64,000 bases of DNA from NCBI GenBank assembly GCA_020137815.1, contig CM035362.1:5332001-5396000 (forward strand), in the 5' to 3' direction. The stretch comes from Hormiphora californensis. Taxonomy: Eukaryota; Animalia; Ctenophora. The notes under the pieces were generated by a model. That model saw only the letters and a program-made list of their open reading frames with translations, did not search any database and had not been told where the DNA came from. A program made the translations under genes and the position numbers. Positions 37,388 to 49,930 of this stretch are shown here, one piece after another (within the stretch, counting starts at the first letter, position 1; every line of letters starts with the position of its first letter).

Positions 37388-40300
37388 CAGTTGTAGCGGG
37401 TGTATCAAGGGGCCACGGTAAAGGGAGGACCTTAGCAACGGTTGCCATGGTATCCACGAGGGTGGAAGTGTTAGCAGTGGACAATATGGGTAGTAGGCAT
37501 CTAACTACATCTCCAACCGTGTTTTTCTGTGTAATGAATTATATTACCTTCTTTTTTATTTAAATCGAATCAAAGCGGATAATATTTTGATAGCATTGCT
37601 TACCTTCTTATCCTGGTTATCTTCCTCTCTCGAAGTTCGTTGAAATACCCGAGGTGCACTATCCACCTCCACTGTGCCACTTATAGAGTCGCCACAAGTT
37701 GGCTGTTGTGGAGGCGATGGGAACTCAGTTGGTGGACAGGAGGGATGGGTGTGTGGGTTGAAACCATACCCATAATTCCCAGATGAGCCACCACCACTAC
37801 CACTAGGATTGAACGTACCGCTAGAACCACTGGGATTTTTAGGTGGCATGTGTGGATCCCAGTTGAAATCAGAAAGGAAGTTCCCACCGGGACCGGGATT
37901 GTTTGCGGAGGGGAAGTTCCCACCGGGACCGGGATTGTTTGCGGAGGGGAAGTTCCCACCAGGACCGGGATTGTTTGCGGAGGGGAAGTTCCCACCGGGA
38001 CCGGGATTGTTTGCGGAGGGGAAGTTCCCACCGGGACCGGGATTGTTTGCGGAGGGGAAGTTCCCACCGGGACCGGGATTGTTTGCGGAGGGGAAGTTCC
38101 CACCGGGACCGGGATTGCTTGCGGAGGGGAAGTTCCCACCGGGATCAGGATTGTTTGCGGAGGGGAAGTTCCCACCGGGACCGGGATTGTTTGCGGAGGT
38201 TGATGGGTGGAATTGTTTGAAGAGATCTTCCGTTTCACGGTACTGTACTCTCAGTACTGTGCTATCAATACTATTTCCTGCAAAATTATGATTTATTAAT
38301 GCACTACGAATTCAGATGTAAAGTGGAATCAATCGGAGATTAGTGCTTACTACGTAAACTTTTTAAACAAAACCTAGACTAATAAAACTACATATTACCA
38401 TGTAGTAGTGTTAACCATTTAATGTTAACATGTTAACATACCCGCATTCACCAGACCAGAATCAAAGTTAGTTAGGATGTGCGAGAGGGAAAGAGATGGT
38501 CGATCAAAGGATCCTTGATCGTCTTGGATACTCCTGCAAATAATTCCACTCAAAGTACTTAGTATGAAAAAATATCACGATATAACTTTACTCCTAGAAT
38601 CTAGATCCAGTTAAATTACTGAACTAAAACATGTCCCACATGTAAAATGAGAGATATATTTCAGCTAAAAATAACCCCATTTACCGAAGGAAGGAAAACT
38701 CCGCCGCTTGAGAAATGGACGCCGCACCGTTATAACTATCTAAGGTAGTTTGTGGCCCTGTCGATCCAATGGATGATGTTCCAACCGGAGATGTGAAGTT
38801 ATTGTTGCCCATATTTGGAGATGTGAAGTTATTGATGCTCATATTTGGAGCTAATTCTGGACCAGGGCTCGGTTCTGAAAGGGAACAGGTGCATGTAGAA
38901 CTGACAATTGGCCCTGGGCAAGATGATATCGTTACTTTAACAAGATAATATATTAAGACGTTACCAGGAACCGACCGAATCAGGAAATACTGGTCCCTGA
39001 TTGGCTGATAACCAGTCACGTGACCTAGATACCGAGTTCTGATTGGTTGTTTACTTGTTTCGGTCGGTTCCTGATGTAACTCTACCTTTCAGGTGATATA
39101 CAATATGAGCAATTTATCCGGTTTCTAATTAATAAGACGAGGTTTGAACTTTTCATACCATGTTGTTTTAACAAGAAATAAGAGATCTACTAACTTGGAG
39201 TGAGATCCAGATCATTGATTAGACTGGTAAAACTTTCATTCGTTGGAACTTCAAACTCAGGAACAAACTCGCTGTGTTGGTAATCATCAAGGTTCGAAAC
39301 TGGGAGAAAAGATGGTCGTTAGTTTAAAGTCCTTCTCTAAAAATTATAACTGGTAAGACCTCAACAACTTAAACAAACAGAAAACAGCAGATTGTAAAGC
39401 TCCTAGTTCCCCAATTTCATATTCCAGATATCGGGGAAATAGGAACATAACAATGCTCAGTATTGGCTCACAGAGAGCCGGCATCTTGTTTCTAATCGTA
39501 CCTGGCTGAACGCTATTTATTTATATTGTTATGTTATATGTTTTGGCTTTACATTAATAAAATCAATTGTGAATAATGAGATTATTGAATTATTCTGAAT
39601 AATGAGATCTGATCAAAAATGCTTGCTCATATCTCATTATTCAGTGTAATAATGGGACTTGACAACACATTGTACCAGGAACCGACCGGAACAAGTAAAC
39701 AACCAATCAGAACTCATTATTTAGGTCACGTGACTGGTTATCCGCCAATCAGGGACCAGTATTTCCTGATTCGGTCGGTTCCTGCATTGTACCTGGCTGA
39801 AGAACAGGAGCAGTTAGTGCGTCCACCACGTCCTCTGCGTTCTCAGAGTTGATAGCTTCCTCTAAAGAGTCCATTCCTGGGGGTTGATTGACCGGTATAA
39901 TTGGCCTTGTATGACCGGGTTTGGCAGCTTGAATATAAATAGAGGTAAACACTGACAATGACAATGATTTACAATGTAAACAAAGGGCGTGTTGAGTGTT
40001 CGGTGCGGCCTCTACTACTTTCGGGTAGGTCATCCTCCAGACGCAGCAATCACAAACAAACAACAAAGGGAGTTGTACACACTAAACAGAGACTAATATT
40101 TGAAATTATCTACCCGATTTATATGAATCTACTGACTGACAAAGGGAGTAAATTATAAGTTAAATAAATAATGAAAGCGTCCATACCTGCTCCGTTCTTA
40201 ACACCCTTGTCAGCACCTGCCCTCACCAACAATCTTACTACCTCACTGTGACCCTATAACGGGAGTAAATTTGTTGTGGAGCTGCACTATAGCTAATCAA

Positions 40301-41232
40301 CAAGAGCGCCCCTCTCTCTTTCTCCCCTCTCTCACGTAGGAACCGGCGATTCTTGTTCGATCTCGATCCGATCTCTAAGTAATGACTAAGGATCAAAATC
40401 TCGATTCTGAAAAAAATCCTACTCTCACGCGATCTCCAAAAACCGTACTAAGTTCCGTACCTCAGCACAAGCCAAATGGAGGGGAGTATCAAGATTCTCA
40501 TCACGACAGTTCACTTCTGCTCCATGTACCAGCAGCATTTCTACCACACCTGTAAAAAGGCGGTGTTGGTGACAATGGTGACAAATTCCAGTGGTTGCCA
40601 TGGTGACAAATTCCGGGGTGCGTCACTACATACATGTGCACATGTTAGTATTTGTCTCAATATAAAGGAGTTATCAGTTAGGATGGATCTTAATGAAATA
40701 CGTATGATTTAAATTACCAAAATCTCAAGATTTGAAAAATATACCTGGAGATCCCTTTTGGGCAGCAATATGAAGTGCAGAGGAGCCCCATCCAGTGGGG
40801 ATGTTAACTCCGCCACCGTGCCTCAATAAACACTCAACCAACGAAACCTAGAAATATTTGCATTATTACAGAAAAAAATGGTGAGCTATTTTCGAGCTGG
40901 ACCAACTATCAAAAGTTTTTTAAGATCACCATCACCCAGCCCTCTCCGGCCTCAATAATAATTGCATTATTACAGAAAATAATGGTGAGCTATTTTCGAG
41001 CTGGACCAAGTATTAAAAGTTTTTTAAGATCACCATTACATCACCCGGTCGGTTGATTCAACAACCTCATAGTTCGTATCATATAATATCAACTTACATC
41101 CCCCTTCACTGCGGCAAGGTGTAGAGCGGTAAGTCCTAGTCGAGTGGCACTGTTTGGATCCTGTCCTGCAGATAGACACGCAGTGAGGGAGGCCATATCT
41201 CCCGAGTGGATACTATCTATCAGTGTCCCCAT
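37388..41232 (-). CDS. Ankyrin-repeat protein with a long S/N/P/G low-complexity region; possibly the N-terminal half of the kinase gene
   Basis: Phase-consistent exons: MGTLIDSIHSGD..GLTALHLAAVKG, LVECLLRHGGGVN..GSSALHIAAQKG, VVEMLLVHGAEVNCRDENLDTPLHLACAE, GHSEVVRLLVRAGADKGVKNGA, GMDSLEEA, then low-complexity exons to 37388. Confidence 0.85.
37875..38200 (-). repeat. Coding 36-bp tandem repeat (SANNPGPGGNFP)x~9
   Basis: Lies in the open frame of exon 38278-37604, which continues into FNWDPHMPPKNP. Confidence 0.85.
38965..39784. mobile_element. Two ~109-bp hAT-type MITEs (38965-39073; 39676-39784, TSD cattgtac)
   Basis: Family match. The TSD of the second copy contains the minus-strand splice donor. 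Confidence 0.9.
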
Positions 41233-41609
41233 CCCACTGTCGAGCTATATTGTGATATCGGGGGGTGATAGAGAAGTTACAGTTGGGATCCTGATTTACT
41301 GGGTTGCTCGGGGTAATAGCATGGTAAATCGGGGTCTGAATATATATACAGTTAATTACAACGACAATAAGTAATTTTAACTAGTTTACCATATCAAAAG
41401 CAAGTAGAAAATGTATAACAATTATCTGATTATCTTAGGTCACACTCAAAAACATAAAATCACTCAAAAAATCACTCAAAACTTTATATTGTAGCTACAT
41501 AATCTGGTCAACAGATAATTCTTCTCACCAAGTCCAGATGGTAGACGAATTCCAGTGAGTACTAGAAGATCTACTTTACTCCTGGAATAAATCTTGTGTT
41601 CTAGGTCCT

Positions 41610-43094
41610 CTAAGCTCGTATTCCCCTCCCCTGATCCACCCATCTCCCAATTGCTTCCTTCTCCATCTCCCTGACCCTCAACACGCTTTCAGGATCAGCA
41701 GGATTAGCAGACCGCAGATCCAGATGGTGAGCCCCATCCTTGATCAGGGGGTTCGGACAATCAGACAAACAAAACGGCTCCGAAGCTAGGACAGCGGTTC
41801 CACCGGCAGCCCAGGGATCAAGTCGGCCGTTGGAGAAGAAGATGTTAGAGTATCCCGAGAAATCAAAACCATCCATTCCACCGAAGTAGTGCTTCAGATG
41901 GTACGGTCTAGCCGAAACACCCCACTGTTTCTCGCAGTATTTCACCATTTCAGCCAAATTAAAGACACTCGCAGGGAACATGTCTTGTTTTGGATCGCTA
42001 CTAATTGGCAGGAACATCTCCGTGCATGACTGGTAATCCCAACCTGTCATACCCAAATCACCAGCGGGGTCCTTATCCAAATCCAAACAAGGTACTTTTC
42101 CAGTGTGGTTAGCGTACACCTGAGCACCCGCCGCAATTCCCGAAATGATATCGGTCGTATTTGATGCGGCACAGAACTTGGCTACCGGCCAAGCGGGAAG
42201 GGGAGCGAGGAATGATGTTGGGTAGGGGTAATTTACCATGGCCATATCGAAATACATCCCATTCAGCCAGTCAGATAGAAGGTGAGCTGTATCGGTGGTT
42301 AGCGGGTGACAAAGATGGAACATTTCTTGGAGTTTTGCCAGACCAGAATCAGTGGTTGCCATGGATGCAATGAGAGACCAGGACTTGGATACACGACTCG
42401 GACACTCACGATCAGCTAGGCCGTACGCCTGGGTAAGGACAATGTAAGGACCAGCGGGACCGAGAACACTGCTTTCTGGTTGCCCCGGGAACATCCAAAC
42501 AGGAGCTGATGCTGCGATCGCTCCTTGAACCAAACTCGGATACTTTGCCCTCATCCACGCGGCAAGCATGCCCCCATATGAACCCCCAAAAGTAATAACA
42601 GGTGCACTGAGTTTACCTAACAACTTCCTCCGAACCCACACGATATTGTCCGCGAAATCCGCCATGGCCTGTTCCACCGTCATGTAACGGGAGTGGGCGG
42701 GGTCCGCGAAGGAGGCGTTAACGGACCCGAACGGCATTGAGTTGCCATAGTAACGGTGTTCAGCGAACACAATCGCGGCACCAAACTCCGGTGCTAAATC
42801 CCAGAGGAGGCCGGTGTTTTGAGCAAATAGCTCTATTGCACCCTCGTTGCCAGTGTAGAAAAAGATGCAACCCGTGTCCGGGTTCCAATGGTCCAAGTTA
42901 AGGAGGATTCGTTGGTCAAATTTCCGCTCCGCTCCCGCGGGGTCGAGGGAAAAATGATCGAGGATCTGGGGGACAGAGGTAGTTTTGAAGGTATTCTTGG
43001 TGGGGGTGTGGTGACGGTAAAGAGACCCCATGAGACGATGAGAAGCGGCACCGCTGAGTGCAACCAAGGTCGCGAGAATAACAAGAAGTTTCAT
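41610..43094 (-). CDS. PRCP: Lysosomal Pro-X carboxypeptidase (peptidase S28), single coding exon
   Basis: Signal peptide MKLLVILATLVALSGA; IFFYTGNEG, AEHRYYG, catalytic GGSYGG, MVNYPYP..PLPAWPV, NGRLDPW and GAHHLDLR. Confidence 0.95.
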   Translation of the reverse strand: MKLLVILATLVALSGAASHRLMGSLYRHHTPTKNTFKTTSVPQILDHFSLDPAGAERKFDQRILLNLDHWNPDTGCIFFYTGNEGAIELFAQNTGLLWDLAPEFGAAIVFAEHRYYGNSMPFGSVNASFADPAHSRYMTVEQAMADFADNIVWVRRKLLGKLSAPVITFGGSYGGMLAAWMRAKYPSLVQGAIAASAPVWMFPGQPESSVLGPAGPYIVLTQAYGLADRECPSRVSKSWSLIASMATTDSGLAKLQEMFHLCHPLTTDTAHLLSDWLNGMYFDMAMVNYPYPTSFLAPLPAWPVAKFCAASNTTDIISGIAAGAQVYANHTGKVPCLDLDKDPAGDLGMTGWDYQSCTEMFLPISSDPKQDMFPASVFNLAEMVKYCEKQWGVSARPYHLKHYFGGMDGFDFSGYSNIFFSNGRLDPWAAGGTAVLASEPFCLSDCPNPLIKDGAHHLDLRSANPADPESVLRVREMEKEAIGRWVDQGRGIRA

Positions 43095-43446
43095 GTTTCT
43101 AGAGGGAGATTATGGGGTCAGATGAGGAAGAAGAAGTCAATTAATTGAGAGAATAACAAGATGTTTCATGTTTCTAGAGGGAGTGATCGAGATTACAACA
43201 GCTGCTAAGAGCTTTATGTATTGGGGTTGAGGATAAGCATACAAACTCACTTTTTAAAAGAAAATAAATAAGTGGTAATAAAAGGAAGTACATAAAAATG
43301 TATTGATAAATCTTTGAATATAATTGTTTTAAATTGTCTTTCAAACCATGTCCTGTAGACCTCCAGGCTCCATACTTGAACATGTTGAATATGTCCATAC
43401 TATAACACATGTCCATTATACTTGAGCATGTTGTCTGACCGTCACT

Positions 43447-43551
43447 TAGGAACCGACCGAGTAAACAACCAATCAGAACTCGTTATTTAGGTCACGTGAC
43501 TGGTTATCAGCCAATCAGGGTCCAGGGACCAGTATTCCCTGATTCGGTCTG
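43447..43551. mobile_element. hAT-type MITE copy between the METTL7-like stop codon and the PRCP start
   Basis: Family match, diverged at the ends. Confidence 0.8.
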
Positions 43552-43555
43552 ACCG

Positions 43556-45095
43556 TTACTTTGTAGCAACACCGTATACATGAGGAGAAAAGATTTGCAT
43601 GGGTCCATAATAATCCAGCCCAGGTTTGGTGACAGTGATCTCCGTGTAGTTACATCTCACATCACTGAACCATTGGCATCTAATGGATGATTTGGGTTAG
43701 AGAAGGAACTACGTATAAAACTCAGTCTAAATTAAGTGGATTGTTTGTAGTTGCTTATTTTTGTTGCTCTCTCTTGTCCATTGTTTCTCTCTTTTCACGC
43801 CTGATGCCTATTTTTTCCCTGCCCGGGTGGATGCCGAAGGCAGGGAAACACAGCATTATGAATACATAATGCAATAATTCTTGTTACTAAATCGAACCTG
43901 ATAGCCCGCTCCACGTCGGTGAAATAGCAACCCCACCAGGAGTACTGCAGTCTAAAGTTGAGCTGATACCACCAATTTCTGGACATGAAATTTCTACTTG
44001 GCACGTGCTCCAGAAAATAAAACTGAAAAATATTAATGGGTGAAGGTTTTGAAATTTATGGTACAAATTGAAAATCTATACTAAAACTTATTTAGTATCA
44101 ACTCCCGTTCGAATACCTTTCCTTGGGGTTTGAGAACTCGTAAAATCTCCTGGATGCTATGTGAAACGTTAAAGCAAGAACACAGCCCATGAATACTGAA
44201 AACTACCGAAACACTCTCATCTGGTATGCTGAACAGTTGACAGGGGATTGTACACAGGAACCTAAGGAATGAGAAATAATTGAACTTTGAAAGTAAAATA
44301 TTGTTGTCGGAAACGTCACGAAATTTTTCATCAACATTCATCAATAATTGTCTAAAACAGAAGGATGAGTCCTATATATCTCAAGTAGGTCTGAATTCCC
44401 AATAGTATACCTGTCTAATTTCACGTTATCATTTTCTACAAAATTTAACTCCAACTTTTCCCTTTCTTCTTCATTAGTATCTGTACCAATGTAGAGACTA
44501 CCAGGGGGCACGTATCCTAAATTTGATCCTGAAAACAAGTGAGTCATTCAATTCCTTATTTCAACAAGATTTTTGTCATGAAATTCGTTCTTTGATAATA
44601 TTTTTTATTTTGTTACCTCTATCTACCTGATCCACAGCCTATTTCCAGAACAACAAACTTTTCTCCATCCCCAACAACAGCATCCTCCTTCTCCATCTCA
44701 TTACCCATCTCTCTCAATAGTTTTCGTTTTATCGCCAGTAACTCAGGGTGTGATGTAGCCTTATGAAAATAGCTGCACTGAGCAGCTATGCCAGCAAAGA
44801 AGGGCGTTTGTCGTAACAAAATAGGAATACTTCTTGTTGCTGCGATTGTAACTGAAGCAAGAAATTACGTGAGATCATCCCTCCGATTGCTAAAATGACT
44901 CTAACTTAGTCACGAATTTGATTTACCTCCAGTATAGAATAGGCAACGGACGGCAATATTTTTAGGAAGCCAGCTGTTCACCCAGGCGCCGACCTCTCCA
45001 GCCTGCTCAACAAGATCTCGCAGTGAGAAATCATCGGAAAGTGTAATAGCACTGATGGTTGTGATGGTGGTAATCCCTGTTAGCAAAGATCCCAT
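43556..45095 (-). CDS. METTL7: METTL7/TMT1-like SAM-dependent methyltransferase (about 6 exons)
   Basis: VLEIGCGS|GSNLGYVP..YIGTD, SIPDESVSVVFSIHGLCSC..IQEILRVLKPQGK, FYFLEHV, WWGCYFT and FSPHVYGVATK* match the METTL7 layout. Confidence 0.85.
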
Positions 45096-45105
45096 GATTT
45101 ACTAG

Positions 45106-45780
45106 CTTAAGTTTAAGTTTAAGTTTAAGTTTACGCACAATTTATCACAAAGTCACACAATTAATATATAACTTCGTCCCGCTCTTACACCATACACTAA
45201 TAAAGTGATACAAGGCTGAGAGGTGAAAATATACAGTTCACATCAGCGGTTTCCTAAAGCGGTTTAAACAATACTTAGAGACAGTGATACACATCCTAGT
45301 AGCATTAGATGCACAAAATACGAGGAACAAGGGGTTATAGAAAACAAGGTAACGAACTAACAAAACAAGCAGACAAACATAAAAACAGATTAAACAGAAT
45401 ACACAAAGTCACAGACGCAAAACACAACATCAGCAGTCAATACAAAACGGTTAATACAAAAACATACTAACACACGTACAAACACATTCACAGACAAACA
45501 GACAATCACAAACACATACACACAGATTCGGTAATAAATAAATAATAAATTAGCTGTCCTTCAAACACACACTCACTGAAGAGTCCTTGACAAGTTTTTT
45601 ATCGAGAAAAACGTATTGAGAAAAACGGTATCCTTGACAAGTTTTTTATCGAGAAAAACGTATTGAGAAAAACGGTATCCTTGACAAGTTTTTTATCGAG
45701 AAAAACGTATTGAGAAAAACGGTGTGTATGGTCTTCTTTCTTCATTCTTCGGCATAAAACTCAGCCAGTCTGGAACCTCA
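45106..45780 (-). mobile_element. Possible 3' end of a non-LTR retroelement with an (aaactt)n tail; includes a 47-bp x3 tandem repeat (45584-45722)
   Basis: The minus strand ends in aaacttaaacttaaacttaaactt after a TG-rich tract. No coding evidence. Confidence 0.35.
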
Positions 45781-46471
45781 GCTACTCAAACTCTGCTAAA
45801 CAACTCAGAGGCCAGAAAATGTTAACAATTTACACAAAATGCACACTTGAAAATATTAACTCAATGACTCAGTCATAGGTGGTCCCTCTACTAAGTCTCA
45901 GGTAGATGTAGGAAGGAATGGTGTAGAAAGTAGGAAGGGATGTAGGAAGGAATATAGGAAGGAATGGTGCAGAGTAGAGACAGTAGGTCAGGTGGGATGT
46001 AAGGAAGCTGGAGAGAGGGTCTGGAAGAAGAGACAGCACCTAGGACACGGGAAACCCAGGAACGAACCAGGTAAGGACAGGGAGGCAGACTATTTAGTTC
46101 CATGGAACTGCAGGAAGAAATGATGTAGGATTGAGAAAGCAGGTCATAGGTGGGATATAGGGGAGCTGGAGTGTGGGTAATAGGGCGTGGTGGCAATGGT
46201 AGCGAGAGACAGCAGACAGGACACGAGAACCTAGGTACGAACCAGGTAAGGACAGGGAGGTAGACTATTTAGTTCCAGGAAGAAATGATATAGGATTGTG
46301 TCAGCAGGTCATAGGTGGGATATAAGGGAGCTGGAGTGTGGGTCTGGAAGTAGGGCGTGATGGCAGTGATCAAAAGCCAAAAGTAGAAATTTCGGGTCAA
46401 AAACGATGAAAAGGAAGGGGAAGAAATGAACGAAAATGTGCAAAAAAGGTGCAAAAAATTTGAAATGTTAA

Positions 46472-47927
46472 AGTGCGTTTCAAACGACTTGACCTGAGAT
46501 TCCTGGAAATTCAGGATTTCCCCTTTGTAAATACACGCGCAGTGCGCCAAATTCCAAGAATTAATGTCCTTTTTTTCAACTGTTCACCCCCCAAAGTCGT
46601 GCGCGGAATTGTTTTGCGCGTTTATCACATGTTAACTATGGCGGTGCATGAGTGCACGATGAATAAGGAACCATAATAAAGTTCAAGAGCGCACCCCATC
46701 CAAGAGCGTACCACCTCCAAAAGACACCACTCCAAGAGCGCACCACATCAAAGAGAGCTCCCCATCCAGAAGATACCGCGTGCAGGGGACACCACGCGCA
46801 GAAGAGACCGCACGCGCAAATACAACGCCGCGCTGGTCTCTTCTGCGCGTGGTGTCCCCTGCGCGTGGTATCTTCTGGATGGGGAGCTCTCTTTGATGTG
46901 GTGCGCTCTTGAAGTGGTGTCTTCTGGAGGGTAGGCGGTAAATGTTAACCAGATCTGAGAGAAAACGTACGTGCAAAACCACGTTTTTGTCCATAACTCA
47001 GTCATTTCTTGACCAATTTGCAAAATCTTGGGCGCGTTGGAAAGAGGACATTGAGCTCTTTCAAATAAGCCCAATAAAACTAAAATCGGCGCAAAATGCG
47101 CAGCGTCATGGCGCAAAATGCGCGTTTTCGCCACCACGCCGCGCAATTTGCGCCAATTTTCATTTTCTTGAGCTCATTCGAAAGATCTCAATGTCCTCTT
47201 TCCGATGAGCGAAAGATCTTGCAGATTGGTCAAGAAATGGCTGAGTTATGGGCAAAAACGTGCGAAATTCTCACAGATCTGGTTAACATTTACCGCCTAC
47301 CCTTCTGGAGGTGGTGCGCTCTTGGATGTGGTCTCTTTTGGGTGTGGTACGCTCTCAGGTGTGGTCTCTCTTCGATCGGGTGCGCTCTTGGGTGCTCTTG
47401 GAGGCTCTTGAACTTTATTATGGTTCCTTATATTTTAACAAAAAAAGAAAAAATGAAAAAGAAAATAAAGAAAAATTGAAAAAAAGTAGAAAAATAAAAA
47501 TAAAATTGAAAAAAAAGAAAAAAAATTTGTTTTTTGAAATTTCGCGTGCACTCATGCACCGCGTAAACCGTAAATCGGCTCAAAAGTGCACGCGCGTTAC
47601 ATGTCGCGGCGAAATATTACAAAATAAGCTGCTTTTTTGCGGCGCGCAATTTTATTCTCATTTTGGCCAAAATTCCAACCAAATTTGGTTGGAATTTTTT
47701 ACTTTTTTACCAAATTTCTGCGTTGGAGTTGTCTTTAACCAAATTTCAACCCCAACATCTGGTCGAACCCAACGTGTATGAACTATGAGACTCATTTTGA
47801 TTAATTCTAAAGTCCGTTTCAAGCGACTTGACCCGTAATTCTTGGAATTTGGCGCATTGCGCGTGTATTTACAAAGGGGAAATCCTGAATTTCCAGGAAT
47901 CTCAGGTCAAGTCGTTTGAAACGCACT
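46472..47927. mobile_element. Non-autonomous TIR transposon, Kolobok-like, with internal palindromes
   Basis: ~90-bp TIR agtgcgtttcaaacgacttgacctgagattcctgg..., flanked by TTAA / TTAG. Internal hairpins at ~46735-46930 and ~46935-47300. Parts recur at ~51549-51760 and ~62265-62406. Confidence 0.75.
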
Positions 47928-48699
47928 TTAGATATGGCTACCCCTTTCTCTCTTCAGCAGCTTCTCCTTGGCTGATGAAATGTGATACCAATCGGTAACG
48001 GGTGAACCACCTCAAGAGCCATCAAAAAGGAGACTTGAAGGATAAGGATTTAGCTACTATTTTCTTCCATAACACTCAATCTATGATCTACCCCTCCCTT
48101 CTCAGATACTGTGAGCGAAGTGATGCGGGAACTGTCAACTGGGAGTACAAGCACCAGTACTATTTGATATGGATGCTCTGCCTAAAGAACGTCATTACTA
48201 AGCCAAAGGGGTCAACAGATGTTAGAGTTCTTGTAAATCGACCAGCTGCCGTGAGGACCGCTGACGCTGCCGTAAGGACCCCTTCCCCGGACATTGCCGT
48301 GAGGGCCGCTGCCGTGAGGACCCGGACGCTTCAAAGAGGAACCCTGCCGCTACCGAGAGGACACCTTCCCCCACTCCAATAGCCGCTGACAAGAGAACCC
48401 CCGCCTACCACAACCGATAATCCAGCTGCTGAGATGTCCCCGCATCATGGTAAGTTAACAAACGAAAACTCCAGGCGCCATCAGTGATGGCCCATCACTC
48501 ATGACGCATCAATCCCATGTGACATGCCATTGTTATCCACTATCTTTCCAACTTATTTTCTTCCATAAAATCCAATCTATGATCTACCCCTCCCTTCTCA
48601 GATACTGTGAGCGAAGTGATGGGGGAACTGTCAACTGGGAGTACAAGCACCAGTACCATTTGATATGGACCAAATTACCCAAGTAATTACGAAGTGTGT

Positions 48700-49930
48700 G
48701 GATGCTGCGGTAACTAGGGCACTGGCTAATTACCAGTTAATGAACCCCCGACATCTACACCCGCTACAGAGGAAGAACGACCGAGAAGAAAAAGAAGGAA
48801 GCAGGAGGTGACACGTGCGCCTCTGCCTTTGAATGATTGTACCAATTTGCCTGATATCCCGAAGGAGAATCCACACTTCGAGGTAACATTTTACATTCTA
48901 AACCCCTGATTTCCGAATCAATTGTTCTCATCTCAATTTCAAGAATATTACACGGGTCCTTACTGTGGCTGAGATCCCATAAAAATGTATACTCGATGGT
49001 GCTCGATATCACACAGCACATTATGGCTTCACCTGTGAAACTTAGCACCACAGCTAGGTCCCATTCCCATTTGAGAGAGACTAATTTGAACATTCAACAG
49101 GTCAATAACAAAATGCTGGTGTGTAAGTTGTGTGTAAAGAACCCTACCGAGGCACTCAACATGAACTTCCCGCAAACTCGGTACGGAGATGATGGGAAGC
49201 AGTCGGTGCTATGGACTAAGAAGATGTGCCGGCTTCTAGACAGGTCCTTTTCAACGCAAAACACAGTGTGTCTTACAAGTGAGGCCATGTTTTATATTTA
49301 ATTGTATACAGACATACAGTATATCATTTTTGAACATTGCATAAAACAGAAAGCTAGTATGTGCGGTGTGAAAATGACCTTTGACTAAACTCCAGATTAT
49401 TTCAGGCAGTTTGCGGGACAAGTGGAGGTCTCCATTATCAATGGGGAGGAGTGGGGAAACATGGGACATAACGATCATCTGCCACCGAAGGTGATTGATA
49501 CCACGTTTCAAATTCAATCAAGAAAACTGGGGCAGTTCTTGAATGAAAATGATTTCACGGTAACGGCAGACAAGGGTACTTCCATGGGAAGGTAGTTCAT
49601 TGTTAATTCATGGATAGACTAATTGTAGTTTCAGGTGTGCCCGGTAGCCGGTTTCCAAATGATGAGAAACTTCAAAGGTCAAACATAGTGACCAAGTGAT
49701 AATAATATTCTGAATATTCTGAATTCTCAGGAAGCGGCTGATCATCGCTGTGCGGACCAGTAACTGTATTTGTCACGTTGGCCACCCCTATGTGGGAAAG
49801 AAAAGCGATGGCATTACACCGGGGAAGCTTGTGTACGATTCCATCTGTGCACTTGGTGTTACTCCGACCGGCTTCATGGAGCACTTCAAAGGAGTATGCT
49901 ATGATGGCCAGCTTGTGAAAATACATGTAG
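48700..49930 (+). pseudogene. Decayed, intron-containing hAT-like transposase fragment
   Basis: Exon-like pieces: ERPRRKRRKQE (NLS-like), MLVCKLCVKNP...LWTKKMCRLL..FSTQ.H (TTF-type Zn-finger-like), DFTVTADKGTSMG (first catalytic Asp context) and FKGVCYDG. No continuous frame. Confidence 0.45.

Noticed and set aside
37809-38291. Plus-strand collagen-like ORF (KFPPGPGLFAEG)n
   Set aside because: Antisense reading of a minus-strand coding repeat; not a continuous Gly-X-Y pattern.
39880-40066. Cys-rich stretch (VCDCC...LCLHCK) suggesting a RING finger between ANK and the kinase
   Set aside because: The phase-compatible acceptor is at ~39876 (GMDSLEEA), so this stretch is intronic.
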